This document shows positions 14,485 through 23,013 of a DNA stretch of 52,153 bases, piece by piece. The stretch's first letter is position 1, and each line of letters starts with the position of its first letter. A program made the position numbers and the translations under genes. A model generated the notes under the pieces. It saw nothing but the letters and a program-made list of their open reading frames with translations, was not told the origin of the DNA and searched no databases. The DNA lies in NCBI GenBank assembly GCA_050739815.1, contig JBOICE010000063.1:1-52153 (forward strand). The letters run 5' to 3'. The stretch is from Pseudomonas sp. (GTDB taxonomy: Bacteria; Pseudomonadota; Gammaproteobacteria; Pseudomonadales; Pseudomonadaceae).

Positions 14485-14513
14485 ATGGTAAAGAAAAGCC
14501 CCATTTCTGACAA
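14485..14513 (-). promoter_or_regulatory. Putative sigma70 promoter of petABC
   Basis: TTGTCA-N17-TACCAT. Confidence 0.55.
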
Positions 14514-14568
14514 GGCAATTACTGGATACAAAATGGCTGAAACCCTTGTCGGACGCGGCATTTGCCGG

Positions 14569-14585
14569 TGCGGCAAGTTGTCGCA
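14569..14585. promoter_or_regulatory. RegA/PrrA/RoxR-type binding box
   Basis: tGCGGC-aagtt-GTCGCa matches the GCGGC-N5-GTCGC RegR box; upstream of a respiratory operon. Confidence 0.55.
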
Positions 14586-14602
14586 ACTCTAATCGACGCC
14601 CA

Positions 14603-14641
14603 TAAAAAACGCCCAGCTCCGTAAGGAAACTGGGCGCTTTT
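14603..14641 (-). terminator. Intrinsic terminator after rpsI
   Basis: Minus strand GCGCCCAGTTTCC-ttac-GGAGCTGGGCGT followed by a T tract. Confidence 0.85.
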
Positions 14642-14656
14642 GAACGCAGGAGCGAA

Positions 14657-15049
14657 TTAACGCTTCGAGTACTGCGGACGCTTACGCGCCTTACGCAGAC
14701 CGACTTTCTTACGTTCAACTTCACGCGCATCTCGAGTCACGAAGCCAGCTTTACGCAGAGCAGGGCGCAGAGCTTCGTCGTAGTCCATCAAGGCACGAGT
14801 GATGCCATGACGAATGGCGCCAGCTTGACCGCTAACACCACCACCAAGAACGGTAACGTAGATGTCGAACTTCTCGACAGTCTCAGTCAGCTCCAGCGGC
14901 TGGCGAACTACCATGCGGGCAGTTTCACGACCGAAGAACGAGTCCAAGGTGCGGTTATTGATGGAAATCTTGCCAGTACCCGGACGCAGGAAAACGCGAG
15001 CGGTTGCAGTCTTGCGACGGCCAGTGCCGTAATTTTGAGTCGCCGACAT
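14657..15049 (-). CDS. rpsI: 30S ribosomal protein S9
   Basis: [29 protein letters not shown]. Confidence 0.99.
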   Translation of the reverse strand: MSATQNYGTGRRKTATARVFLRPGTGKISINNRTLDSFFGRETARMVVRQPLELTETVEKFDIYVTVLGGGVSGQAGAIRHGITRALMDYDEALRPALRKAGFVTRDAREVERKKVGLRKARKRPQYSKR

Positions 15050-15063
15050 AATGAACTATTCCG

Positions 15064-15492
15064 TTAAATCTTCAGTTCTTGGGGCTGCTGAGCAGTGTGC
15101 GGGTGGACAGCACCCTTATACACTTTCAGCTTACGGTACATGTCGCGACCCAGCGGGTTCTTCGGCAGCATGCCCTTAACCGCGGTCTCGATCACACGCT
15201 CAGGCGCCTTGGCGATCAGCTTTTCAAAGTTGATCGACTTGATGCCACCCGGGAAACCGGAGTGAGAGTAATACATTTTGTCAGTGGTCTTAGCACCAGT
15301 TACACGCACCTGCTCGGCATTGATAACGACGATGTAGTCGCCAGTATCAACGTGCGGGGTGTATTCGGCTTTATGCTTGCCACGCAGACGGCTAGCGATT
15401 TCTGTGGCCAGACGACCCAGAGTCTGACCTGCAGCGTCGACGACGAACCAGTCGCGCTTAACAGTTTCCGGTTTAGCAGTAAAAGTTTTCAT
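15064..15492 (-). CDS. rplM: 50S ribosomal protein L13
   Basis: [33 protein letters not shown]. Confidence 0.99.
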   Translation of the reverse strand: MKTFTAKPETVKRDWFVVDAAGQTLGRLATEIASRLRGKHKAEYTPHVDTGDYIVVINAEQVRVTGAKTTDKMYYSHSGFPGGIKSINFEKLIAKAPERVIETAVKGMLPKNPLGRDMYRKLKVYKGAVHPHTAQQPQELKI

Positions 15493-15533
15493 TCTTTAAT
15501 AGCCTCAGGGGCCGCCCTGAAATGAGACGGCGG

Positions 15534-15562
15534 ATCTTACTTAATAGTGCGCGCTTTGACAA
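15534..15562 (-). promoter_or_regulatory. Proximal sigma70 promoter of rplM-rpsI
   Basis: TTGTCA-N17-TAAGAT with GC-rich discriminator CCGCCG. Confidence 0.65.
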
Positions 15563-15727
15563 GTCAAAGACAGCCAGAGACGGACGCTATCGGGGGCTCG
15601 GGTCATCACGTCCGTACGGCCAGTTCGGCAGGCTAGGCATCCCCCGCCGAAAACAGCTGCGGAATTATGCCGATTGCACGGAAAATTTCAACCTGATTCG
15701 ATGCAACTTTTGCACAAGGAGATAGTT

Positions 15728-16765
15728 ATGGAGTTTCGCAAGCTCGGCCGCACCGACATAAAAGTGAGCGCCTTGTGCCTTGGCAGCATGACCTGGGGTG
15801 AACAAAACACTCAGGCCGAAGCCTTTATCCAAATGGATCTTGCGCGCGCCGCCGGCATCAACTTTATCGACACCGCCGAGATGTACCCCGTACCCCCGCG
15901 CGCCGAAACCTACAGCAACACCGAGCAAATCATCGGCAATTACTTCAAAGCCCATGGCAACCGCGCCGACTGGATCCTGGCCAGCAAGGTCGCCGGCCCA
16001 GGTAACGGCATCGGCCATATCCGCGACGGTCAACTCAAGCACAACCGCGCGCACATAGTTGCCGCACTGGATGCCAGCCTGAAACGCTTGCAGACCGACT
16101 GGATCGACCTCTACCAGCTGCATTGGCCGGAGCGCAGCACTAACTTCTTCGGCCAGCTCGGCTACCAGCACAAAGAGGAGAACGTCACACCCCTGGAGGA
16201 AACCCTGGAGGTGCTGGCCGAACAGGTCAAGGCCGGCAAGATTCGCCACATCGGCCTGTCCAACGAGACACCCTGGGGCACCATGAAATGCCTGCAACTG
16301 GCAGAAAGCCATGGCAGCCCGCGCGCAGTGTCGATTCAAAACCCTTACAACCTGCTCAATCGCACCTTCGAAGTCGGCCTCGCCGAAGTCGCCCTGCGCG
16401 AGCAATGTGGCCTGCTGGCCTATTCGCCCATGGCGTTCGGCATGCTCTCCGGCAAATACGAGGGCGGCGCTCGCCCGGCGAACGCACGTATCAGCCTGTT
16501 CGGTCGCTTCACTCGCTACACCAACCCACAGACCGAGGCCGCCTGCTCGCTCTACGTCGGACTGGCCCGCGAGCATGGTTTGGATCCAGCGCAAATGGCT
16601 CTCGCCTTCGTCAGCGCGCAACCCTTCGTGACCAGCAACATCATTGGCGCGACGACCGTCGAACAACTGCAAAGCAACCTTGCAAGCTCCGAACTCCAGC
16701 TTAGCGACGAGATCCTCGCCGGGATCGATGCAATCCACAAAGCCCAGCCCAACCCAGCCCCCTGA
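15728..16765 (+). CDS. tas: NADP(H)-dependent aldo-keto reductase (Tas-like)
   Basis: LCLGSMTWGEQN, FIDTAEMYP, DLYQLHWP, IGLSNETPWG; ATG at 15728 after AGGAG. Confidence 0.9.
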   Translation: MEFRKLGRTDIKVSALCLGSMTWGEQNTQAEAFIQMDLARAAGINFIDTAEMYPVPPRAETYSNTEQIIGNYFKAHGNRADWILASKVAGPGNGIGHIRDGQLKHNRAHIVAALDASLKRLQTDWIDLYQLHWPERSTNFFGQLGYQHKEENVTPLEETLEVLAEQVKAGKIRHIGLSNETPWGTMKCLQLAESHGSPRAVSIQNPYNLLNRTFEVGLAEVALREQCGLLAYSPMAFGMLSGKYEGGARPANARISLFGRFTRYTNPQTEAACSLYVGLAREHGLDPAQMALAFVSAQPFVTSNIIGATTVEQLQSNLASSELQLSDEILAGIDAIHKAQPNPAP

Positions 16766-16783
16766 ACACTCCCCCAGAAAATA

Positions 16784-16809
16784 AAAAGCCCGGCCGAAGC
16801 CGGGCTTTT
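16784..16809. terminator. Bidirectional intrinsic terminator
   Basis: AAAAGCCCGGC-cgaa-GCCGGGCTTTT between convergent genes. Confidence 0.85.
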
Positions 16810-16821
16810 CCTAGGCACGCC

Positions 16822-17958
16822 TTACAGCGAGCGCGCGATGATTTCTTTCATGATTTCGTTAGTGCCAGCGTAGATCCGCTGCACCCGCGCATCCGCCCAG
16901 GCCCGCGCCACCGGGTACTCCCACATGTAACCGTAGCCACCGTGCAACTGCACGCATTCATCCAGGACCTTGCACTGCAGATCGGTTGTCCAGTATTTGC
17001 ACATAGCCGCAGTTGGCACATCCAGCTTGCCTTGCAGGTGTTGCTCAAGGCAGCGATCGACGAAGACCCGCCCAATCTGCACTTCAGTAGCGATTTCCGC
17101 CAACTTGAAACGGGTGTTCTGGAACTCACCGATGGCTTTGCCGAAGGCTTTACGCTCACGGGTGTAGTCCAGCGTCCACTGCAACGCGGCCTCAGCCGAG
17201 GCCAGAGCGCCTAGCGCTACGGTCAGACGCTCTTGCGGCAGCTCCTGCATCAAATAAGCGAAGCCCATGCCCGCCTGCCCCAGCAGATTCTCCTTCGGCA
17301 CCCGCACATCCTGGAAGAACAACTCGGAGGTGTCCTGCGCCTTCATCCCGACCTTTTCCAGACGCTTGCCCTTGGCGAAGCCTGGAGTCCCCGCCTCTAC
17401 CAGGAACAGGCTAGTGCCCTTGGCGCCGGCCTTGGGATCGGTCTTGGCGACCACAATCACCAGATCGGCCAGGTAGCCATTGGTGATAAAGGTCTTCGAG
17501 CCATTGATCACATACTCATCGCCATCCAGCACTGCAGTGGTCTTCACGCCCTGCAGGTCAGAACCGGCACCCGGCTCAGTCATGGCAATGGCCGTGACCA
17601 TCTCACCGGAAACCAGCTTCGGCAGGTACTTATGCTTAAGCTCTTCGGAACCGTAATGCAGGATGTATGGCGCCACGATGTCCGAGTGCAGGGAGAAACC
17701 AATGCCACTCAACCCCAGGCGACTGATTTCTTCGATCACCACTGCGCTATAGAGGAAATCCGCATCCATGCCGCCATAGGCCTCTGGAATATGCGAGCAC
17801 AGCATCCCGGCCTCACCGGCCTTACTCCACAGCTGACGGTCGACATGCCCATCCTTTTCCCACTGATGGTGGAAAGGCACCGCCTCCTGCTCAAGGAACT
17901 TGCGCACGCTGTCACGAAAAAGCTCATGGTCAGAGCTGAACAGGGTTCTTGGAATCAT
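16822..17958 (-). CDS. Acyl-CoA dehydrogenase (long-chain type)
   Basis: Start MIPRTLF; AMTEPGAGSDL, GSKTFITNG, QLHGGYGY, IYAGTNEIM. Confidence 0.95.
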   Translation of the reverse strand: MIPRTLFSSDHELFRDSVRKFLEQEAVPFHHQWEKDGHVDRQLWSKAGEAGMLCSHIPEAYGGMDADFLYSAVVIEEISRLGLSGIGFSLHSDIVAPYILHYGSEELKHKYLPKLVSGEMVTAIAMTEPGAGSDLQGVKTTAVLDGDEYVINGSKTFITNGYLADLVIVVAKTDPKAGAKGTSLFLVEAGTPGFAKGKRLEKVGMKAQDTSELFFQDVRVPKENLLGQAGMGFAYLMQELPQERLTVALGALASAEAALQWTLDYTRERKAFGKAIGEFQNTRFKLAEIATEVQIGRVFVDRCLEQHLQGKLDVPTAAMCKYWTTDLQCKVLDECVQLHGGYGYMWEYPVARAWADARVQRIYAGTNEIMKEIIARSL

Positions 17959-18108
17959 GATTGCACCTGCAGAGAGACGTCTAACGCCAGGATTGGCAGG
18001 CCCAGACTGTAGGGCAGTCAAACCCCCGGGCGCACTGGACACATGCGACAAAAAATAAGACGATCCAGCCAGAGATTGACCACTTTCCCCTAATAAGAAC
18101 AGCACCCT

Positions 18109-19113
18109 ATGCTCACCGCACAGCCCACCCCCCTGAAACGCGTCAGCATTCTCGCTACCGAAGGCGTATTCGCCTTCCCCCTGATGCAGGCCAAAGACTT
18201 TTTCCACATGGCCAGCCTGCGCTACGGCCGGCAACAGGGACTAGGCCTGACACCCGCATTCGAGACCCAACTGGTCAGCCCAGATGGACTGCCAGTACGC
18301 AGTTTCAGCGATGTCATCCTCCCCGTGGACGGCGCTCTGGGGCCGGCCGATGTAATCATTCTCCCCCCCTACTGGGGTGACTTCGATGCGCTCTGCAGCC
18401 GCAATCCGCAAGTACTGAACTGGCTACGCAACCAACACGCCGCCGGCAGCGTGCTCTGTGGCGAAGCCATGGGCGTGTTCTGGATCGCCCAGGCCGGCCT
18501 GCTCGATGGCAAGGAGGCGACCACCTACTGGCGCTTCTTTCGCGAGTTCGCCGAGCGCTTCCCCAAGGTATTACTGAATCAGGAAAAGCACCTGTCCGAT
18601 GCCGACAACCTTTACTGCGCCGGCGGCACCACTTCCGCTTGCGACCTTTACATCTATCTGATCGAGCGCTTTTGCGGCGCCAACGTCGCGCAGGCCGTGG
18701 CGCGCGACATCCTCTATGAGGTGCAGCGCAACTACACGCCAGGACGGATCGGTTTCGGCGGTCAGAAGCTGCACCAGGACGTGACCATCCTGCAAATCCA
18801 GCAGTGGCTGGAGGAAAACTTCGCCGACAAGTTTCGCTTCGAGGATGTCGCGCGCGAGCACGGCATGAGCATTCGCAATTTCATGCGGCGTTTCCAGGCC
18901 GCCACTGGCGACAAACCGCTGCATTACCTGCAACGGTTACGGATCGAAACAGCCAAAGGCCTGCTCAGCGCTACCCGCAAGAGCATCAAGACCATCAGTT
19001 ACGAGGTTGGCTACGACGACGCCAGTTTCTTCGCCCGGTTGTTCCGTCAGCACACAGAACTGTCGCCCAACCAATACCGTCGCCAGTTCCAGCACAAGGA
19101 CAGCCATTCCTAG
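18109..19113 (+). CDS. GlxA/AraC family transcriptional regulator (DJ-1/PfpI domain plus AraC HTH)
   Basis: GLLDGKEATTYW DJ-1 segment; C-terminal RNFMRRF...VGYDDASFFARLF. Confidence 0.92.
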   Translation: MLTAQPTPLKRVSILATEGVFAFPLMQAKDFFHMASLRYGRQQGLGLTPAFETQLVSPDGLPVRSFSDVILPVDGALGPADVIILPPYWGDFDALCSRNPQVLNWLRNQHAAGSVLCGEAMGVFWIAQAGLLDGKEATTYWRFFREFAERFPKVLLNQEKHLSDADNLYCAGGTTSACDLYIYLIERFCGANVAQAVARDILYEVQRNYTPGRIGFGGQKLHQDVTILQIQQWLEENFADKFRFEDVAREHGMSIRNFMRRFQAATGDKPLHYLQRLRIETAKGLLSATRKSIKTISYEVGYDDASFFARLFRQHTELSPNQYRRQFQHKDSHS

Positions 19114-19328
19114 GATGGGGGTTGGTCGCCCGCCCCTGCGACCTATGATCGGCGCACCCCGTTACGGGAACTTCTAGTGGCCAGTAGGACTGGTTGGTTG
19201 ACTCGAGTTCGAATGTCTGGAGCCCCGATACAAGGTGCGGCAACGCAGCACTGGGGCCTCAGGCGTCGGGATTGATTAACTGAGCCAGCCACACAGGCCA
19301 GCAACCCTAACAAGAACAGGTCTTCGCC

Positions 19329-20294
19329 ATGCGCCGCTATCTACTTGCTTTACTTGCCATCTGCAGCCTCAGCGCTGTGGCAGGCGAGAACTGGAAACCC
19401 TTCCCCTACGAGCAAAGCGCCTTCGACTACTCGGGCGACAAATTGCGTCAAGCCTGGCCGCAGCTAACCCGCGGTTTTGGGGCCAACTATCCGTTCCCGG
19501 ACGCTGACTGGGTGGTGACCATGGCCACCACCTATCCAAAAGCCCTGGAGATGACCGTAACAGGCAACACCGGTTTCACCGGCAAACCGGAAGAAGCCGA
19601 GATTTATGCCAGCAAGCTGCAAGATGTTTGGCGCCTGATGTTCCGCGGCGATTTTGCCGAAGCAAAGAAACAAGGCTTGGCGCTCGGCGTCGGCGGGCAG
19701 ATCCCCGCGATGTTTGCCCAAGTGATTTACGCCATGTTCCTGGTACCCGACCAGGCGGAAAAACATCGCCTGCTGGAAGAAGTGATCGACTACACCGACA
19801 AAGCCGGCAGCCTGGTCCAAGCCGACACCGCCGCCATGTTCGGTCGCGTTTATGCCAAGGCCCGCCTCGGCGAAGAACTCTCGGTACCGGTGGTCCTGAA
19901 ACGCGGCTACACCAGCCAGATCCCCAAGGAACTGGATGCCCTGCTCGCCAAGCAGCCGCAGCAACCCTTCGCCCTCGCCTTGTATGGCGGCTATGAAGCC
20001 GGGGTGATCCGCAAGGTTGGCAAGCTAGTGGGGAAAATGACCTACGGGGTCAGCGCAGACAAAATGGAAACCTACTTCGCCCGCTCCTTCAAAGCGTCCG
20101 ACACCCTGCCGATCGGCCACTACGAATACGCCAACGCACTTAGCTATGTGTACGGCGACGCTGAAGATCGGAAGGCCATCGAGCATCTCAAGCTCGCCGT
20201 GCTGATCAAGCCGATCAATGCCATGGAAGCGCTGGAAGTGGAGCACGCCAAGCAACTGCTGGAGCAATACGAGCAGAAGTTTGCGCAAAACTAA
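19329..20294 (+). CDS. Secreted helical/TPR-like protein of unknown function
   Basis: 321-aa ORF with host-like codon use, signal peptide ending AVA, alpha-helical repeats, own terminator. Confidence 0.8.
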   Translation: MRRYLLALLAICSLSAVAGENWKPFPYEQSAFDYSGDKLRQAWPQLTRGFGANYPFPDADWVVTMATTYPKALEMTVTGNTGFTGKPEEAEIYASKLQDVWRLMFRGDFAEAKKQGLALGVGGQIPAMFAQVIYAMFLVPDQAEKHRLLEEVIDYTDKAGSLVQADTAAMFGRVYAKARLGEELSVPVVLKRGYTSQIPKELDALLAKQPQQPFALALYGGYEAGVIRKVGKLVGKMTYGVSADKMETYFARSFKASDTLPIGHYEYANALSYVYGDAEDRKAIEHLKLAVLIKPINAMEALEVEHAKQLLEQYEQKFAQN

Positions 20295-20307
20295 GCTCGA
20301 CCGATAC

Positions 20308-20337
20308 AAAAAAGGCTGCCAATCGGCAGCCTTTTTT
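20308..20337. terminator. Bidirectional intrinsic terminator
   Basis: AAAAAAGGCTGCC-aatc-GGCAGCCTTTTTT. Confidence 0.9.
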
Positions 20338-20351
20338 CATGGACAAGCAGC

Positions 20352-21446
20352 TTAAGGTTTGTGCGCTCGCGAGAGGAACTCGTGGGACTGCATTTCCAGC
20401 AAGCGGCTCAGGGTACGCTGGAACTCGAAGTTCAGCCGGCCACCGGTATAGAGATCCTTCAATTCGACTGCAGCCGAGATGATCAACTTGACGTTGCGAT
20501 CATAGAACTCGTCGACCAGGTTGATGAAGCGCCGGGCCAGATCGTCCTCGTTCACCCCCATCTGTTCGACGTTGGAGATCAGTACCGCGTGGAAAATCTT
20601 CGCCAGTTCGATGTAGTCGTTCTGGCTGCGCGGGCCATCGCACAGCTCGCGGAAGTCGAACCAGGCGACGTCTTCGCAGACTTTGCGCGAACGGATTTCC
20701 CGATTTTCGATCATCAGCACTTCATCGTACTGGGCCTGGACGCAGTCAGGAACCAGGCTGACGAAGCTCTTGTTCAGACTGACTTCGGCGCCCTCATTGA
20801 GCGGCCAATAGTACAGCTCGGCCTGCTCAAGGGCGCGCAGACGATAGTCGACACCGCTGTCGACATTGACGATGGCGGTGTGCTCTTTCAGCAGGGCAAT
20901 CGCCGGCAGAAAGCGCGCGCGTTGCAGACCATCCTTGTACAGGCCGTCCGGCACGATATTCGAGGTCGCAACCAAGCTGACGCCGTTCTTGAACAGTTCC
21001 TCGAGCAAGGTCGCCAGGATCATCGCATCGGTGATATCGGAGACGAAAAATTCATCGAAGCAGATCACTCGCGTTTCCGCAGCAAAGCGCTTTGCAATCA
21101 GTTGCAACGGGTTTTTCTCACCGCTCAGAGTCGTCAGCTCTTCATGCACGCGCTTCATGAAGCGGTGGAAGTGCGTGCGAGTCTTCTGCTTGAACGGCAA
21201 CGCATCGAAGAAGGTATCGACCAGATACGTCTTCCCGCGGCCGACACCACCCCAGAAATACAGGCCTTTTACCGGATCCTGCGATTTCTTGCCGAGCAGC
21301 TTGCCGAATAAACCGGGCTTGCTCTTCTCGCTGGCGATCAGCTCGTCGTAGAGCCGCTGCAGATGGCGAACGGCCGTTTCCTGCGCCGCGTCATGGAAGA
21401 AGTCGGGACGCTTCAGGTCCGCCTGGTATCGCTCAAGGGGGGTCAT
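20352..21446 (-). CDS. zapE: Cell division ATPase ZapE (AFG1 family)
   Basis: GLYFWGGVGRGKT, CFDEFFVSDITDAM, ARRFINLVDEFYD, RTLSRLLEMQS. Confidence 0.95.
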   Translation of the reverse strand: MTPLERYQADLKRPDFFHDAAQETAVRHLQRLYDELIASEKSKPGLFGKLLGKKSQDPVKGLYFWGGVGRGKTYLVDTFFDALPFKQKTRTHFHRFMKRVHEELTTLSGEKNPLQLIAKRFAAETRVICFDEFFVSDITDAMILATLLEELFKNGVSLVATSNIVPDGLYKDGLQRARFLPAIALLKEHTAIVNVDSGVDYRLRALEQAELYYWPLNEGAEVSLNKSFVSLVPDCVQAQYDEVLMIENREIRSRKVCEDVAWFDFRELCDGPRSQNDYIELAKIFHAVLISNVEQMGVNEDDLARRFINLVDEFYDRNVKLIISAAVELKDLYTGGRLNFEFQRTLSRLLEMQSHEFLSRAHKP

Positions 21447-21464
21447 AATCGGTAGCTAGGCAAC

Positions 21465-21497
21465 AAAAACGGGGTCGTCACTTTAGCGGCGACCCCG
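21465..21497 (-). terminator. Intrinsic terminator after trpS
   Basis: Minus strand CGGGGTCGCCGC-taaa-GTGACGACCCCG-TTTTT. Confidence 0.75.
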
Positions 21498-21537
21498 CTG
21501 CTTGGCAATCAGCCAGCACTGCCAGCCAGCCGATAAA

Positions 21538-22887
21538 TCACTCCGACTGCGGCGCTAGAGCCTCGCGTAGACGCTGCATAGCGGCCTCGCATGCAGTTGA
21601 GTCGGCAAACACCGGGCTTTCACCGATGCTTTCACCGTCCAGCCAGAGGGTGAAAGCATCGCCCTGCACCCGCAGATCCAGCACATGGCCTTCCTGCAAA
21701 CGCTTGCTGAGTTGACCGGCCGATTTGCCATCGGCAAAGCGCTTGGACAGCAGCAGCTGTTCACCATCGGCGGCCAACAGACGGAAGCGGAAGCTGCCAT
21801 CGTCATCACGGAAGCTGACGAAGCGCGCACCTTTGACGGCTTTCTTCTTGCCGCCCTCACTGACCTGCAAGTTGCTGCGGAGGGAACGCAAGCCTACGGC
21901 CTCACGCAGCTCACCGAGGAACGGGGTAGCGGTCTTACGCGCCTTCGCGGCACCGGCGAGGAGAATATCTTCCAAGTCGGCCGGCCGCTCGATCAGGGCG
22001 TGATAGCGCTCGCGCGCCTCGCCCAGTTCGTTGTCGAGCAGTTGGAACAGACGCTGCTTGGCCTCGCCCCAAGCCAGACCGCCTAGCAGCTCGGCGCGAA
22101 ACTCAGCCTGCTGCTGGGCAGTGGCAAAGGCTTGATAGAGGGTAACCAGGTGCGAGTTATCCGGATCTTTAGCCTCACCCGGCGCACGGGAGTCGGTGAC
22201 GATGCGCGCGATAGCCTCCTTCAACTGCTTGGCACTACCGAACAACGGAATAGTGTTGTCGTAACTTTTCGACATCTTGCGCCCATCAAGACCCGGCAGA
22301 GTCGCGACGCTTTCCTCGATCAAGGCTTGAGGCATAACGAAGAACTCTTTGCCCTGCCCAAACAGATGATTGAAACGCTGACCGATATCGCGGGCCATTT
22401 CCACGTGCTGGATCTGATCGCGACCGACCGGCACCTTATGCGCGTTGAACATCAGGATGTCCGCAGCCATCAGCACCGGGTAGCTGTAGAGCCCCATGCT
22501 CACGCCCGCATCCGGGTCTTCGCCGGTTTCGATGTTCTTATCCACCGAAGCTTTATAGGCATGCGCACGATTGAGCAGGCCCTTGGCCGCCACGCAAGTC
22601 AGCAGCCAGGTCAGCTCGGGGACTTCCGGGATGTCGGACTGACGGTAGAAGGTCACCCGCTCGGTATCCAGGCCACAGGCCAGCCAGGTGGCGGCGATTT
22701 CCAGGCGCGAGCGCTGAATACGCAGTGGATCGTCACATTTGATCAGCGCGTGGTAATCGGCGAGAAAATAGAACGAGTCCGCGTCGGCCTGACGGCTGGC
22801 AAGGATCGCCGGGCGAATCGCCCCCGCATAGTTGCCGAGGTGCGGCGTGCCGCTGGTGGTGATACCGGTAAGGATACGAGTGGTCAT
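21538..22887 (-). CDS. trpS: Tryptophan--tRNA ligase with ~100-aa C-terminal extension
   Basis: PHLGNY (HIGH), LMAADIL, VPVGRDQ, KMSKS. Confidence 0.96.
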   Translation of the reverse strand: MTTRILTGITTSGTPHLGNYAGAIRPAILASRQADADSFYFLADYHALIKCDDPLRIQRSRLEIAATWLACGLDTERVTFYRQSDIPEVPELTWLLTCVAAKGLLNRAHAYKASVDKNIETGEDPDAGVSMGLYSYPVLMAADILMFNAHKVPVGRDQIQHVEMARDIGQRFNHLFGQGKEFFVMPQALIEESVATLPGLDGRKMSKSYDNTIPLFGSAKQLKEAIARIVTDSRAPGEAKDPDNSHLVTLYQAFATAQQQAEFRAELLGGLAWGEAKQRLFQLLDNELGEARERYHALIERPADLEDILLAGAAKARKTATPFLGELREAVGLRSLRSNLQVSEGGKKKAVKGARFVSFRDDDGSFRFRLLAADGEQLLLSKRFADGKSAGQLSKRLQEGHVLDLRVQGDAFTLWLDGESIGESPVFADSTACEAAMQRLREALAPQSE

Positions 22888-22929
22888 GTCTGTTCGCTTG
22901 TCGGGCTGCGGCCCTATCTAGGCTTATGG

Positions 22930-23003
22930 GTAGGCAAGGTAGAAGGCAATGAAAGCCAGCGGCTATGCCAAGCCGGGTTTCGCTCAGGCTCTACCCAGCC
23001 TAC
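22930..23003. repeat. Inverted pair of GTAG-family REP sequences (REPIN-like)
   Basis: Begins GTAGGC and ends GCCTAC; right arm (reverse complement GTAGGCTGGGTAGAGCCTGAGCGAAACCCGGC) is palindromic, left arm is a decayed copy. Confidence 0.75.
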
Positions 23004-23013
23004 CTCTCGGAAA

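Noticed and set aside
14404..14656. Possible tRNA after rpsI
   Set aside because: No cloverleaf or T-loop GTTCRA found; only a terminator and promoter elements
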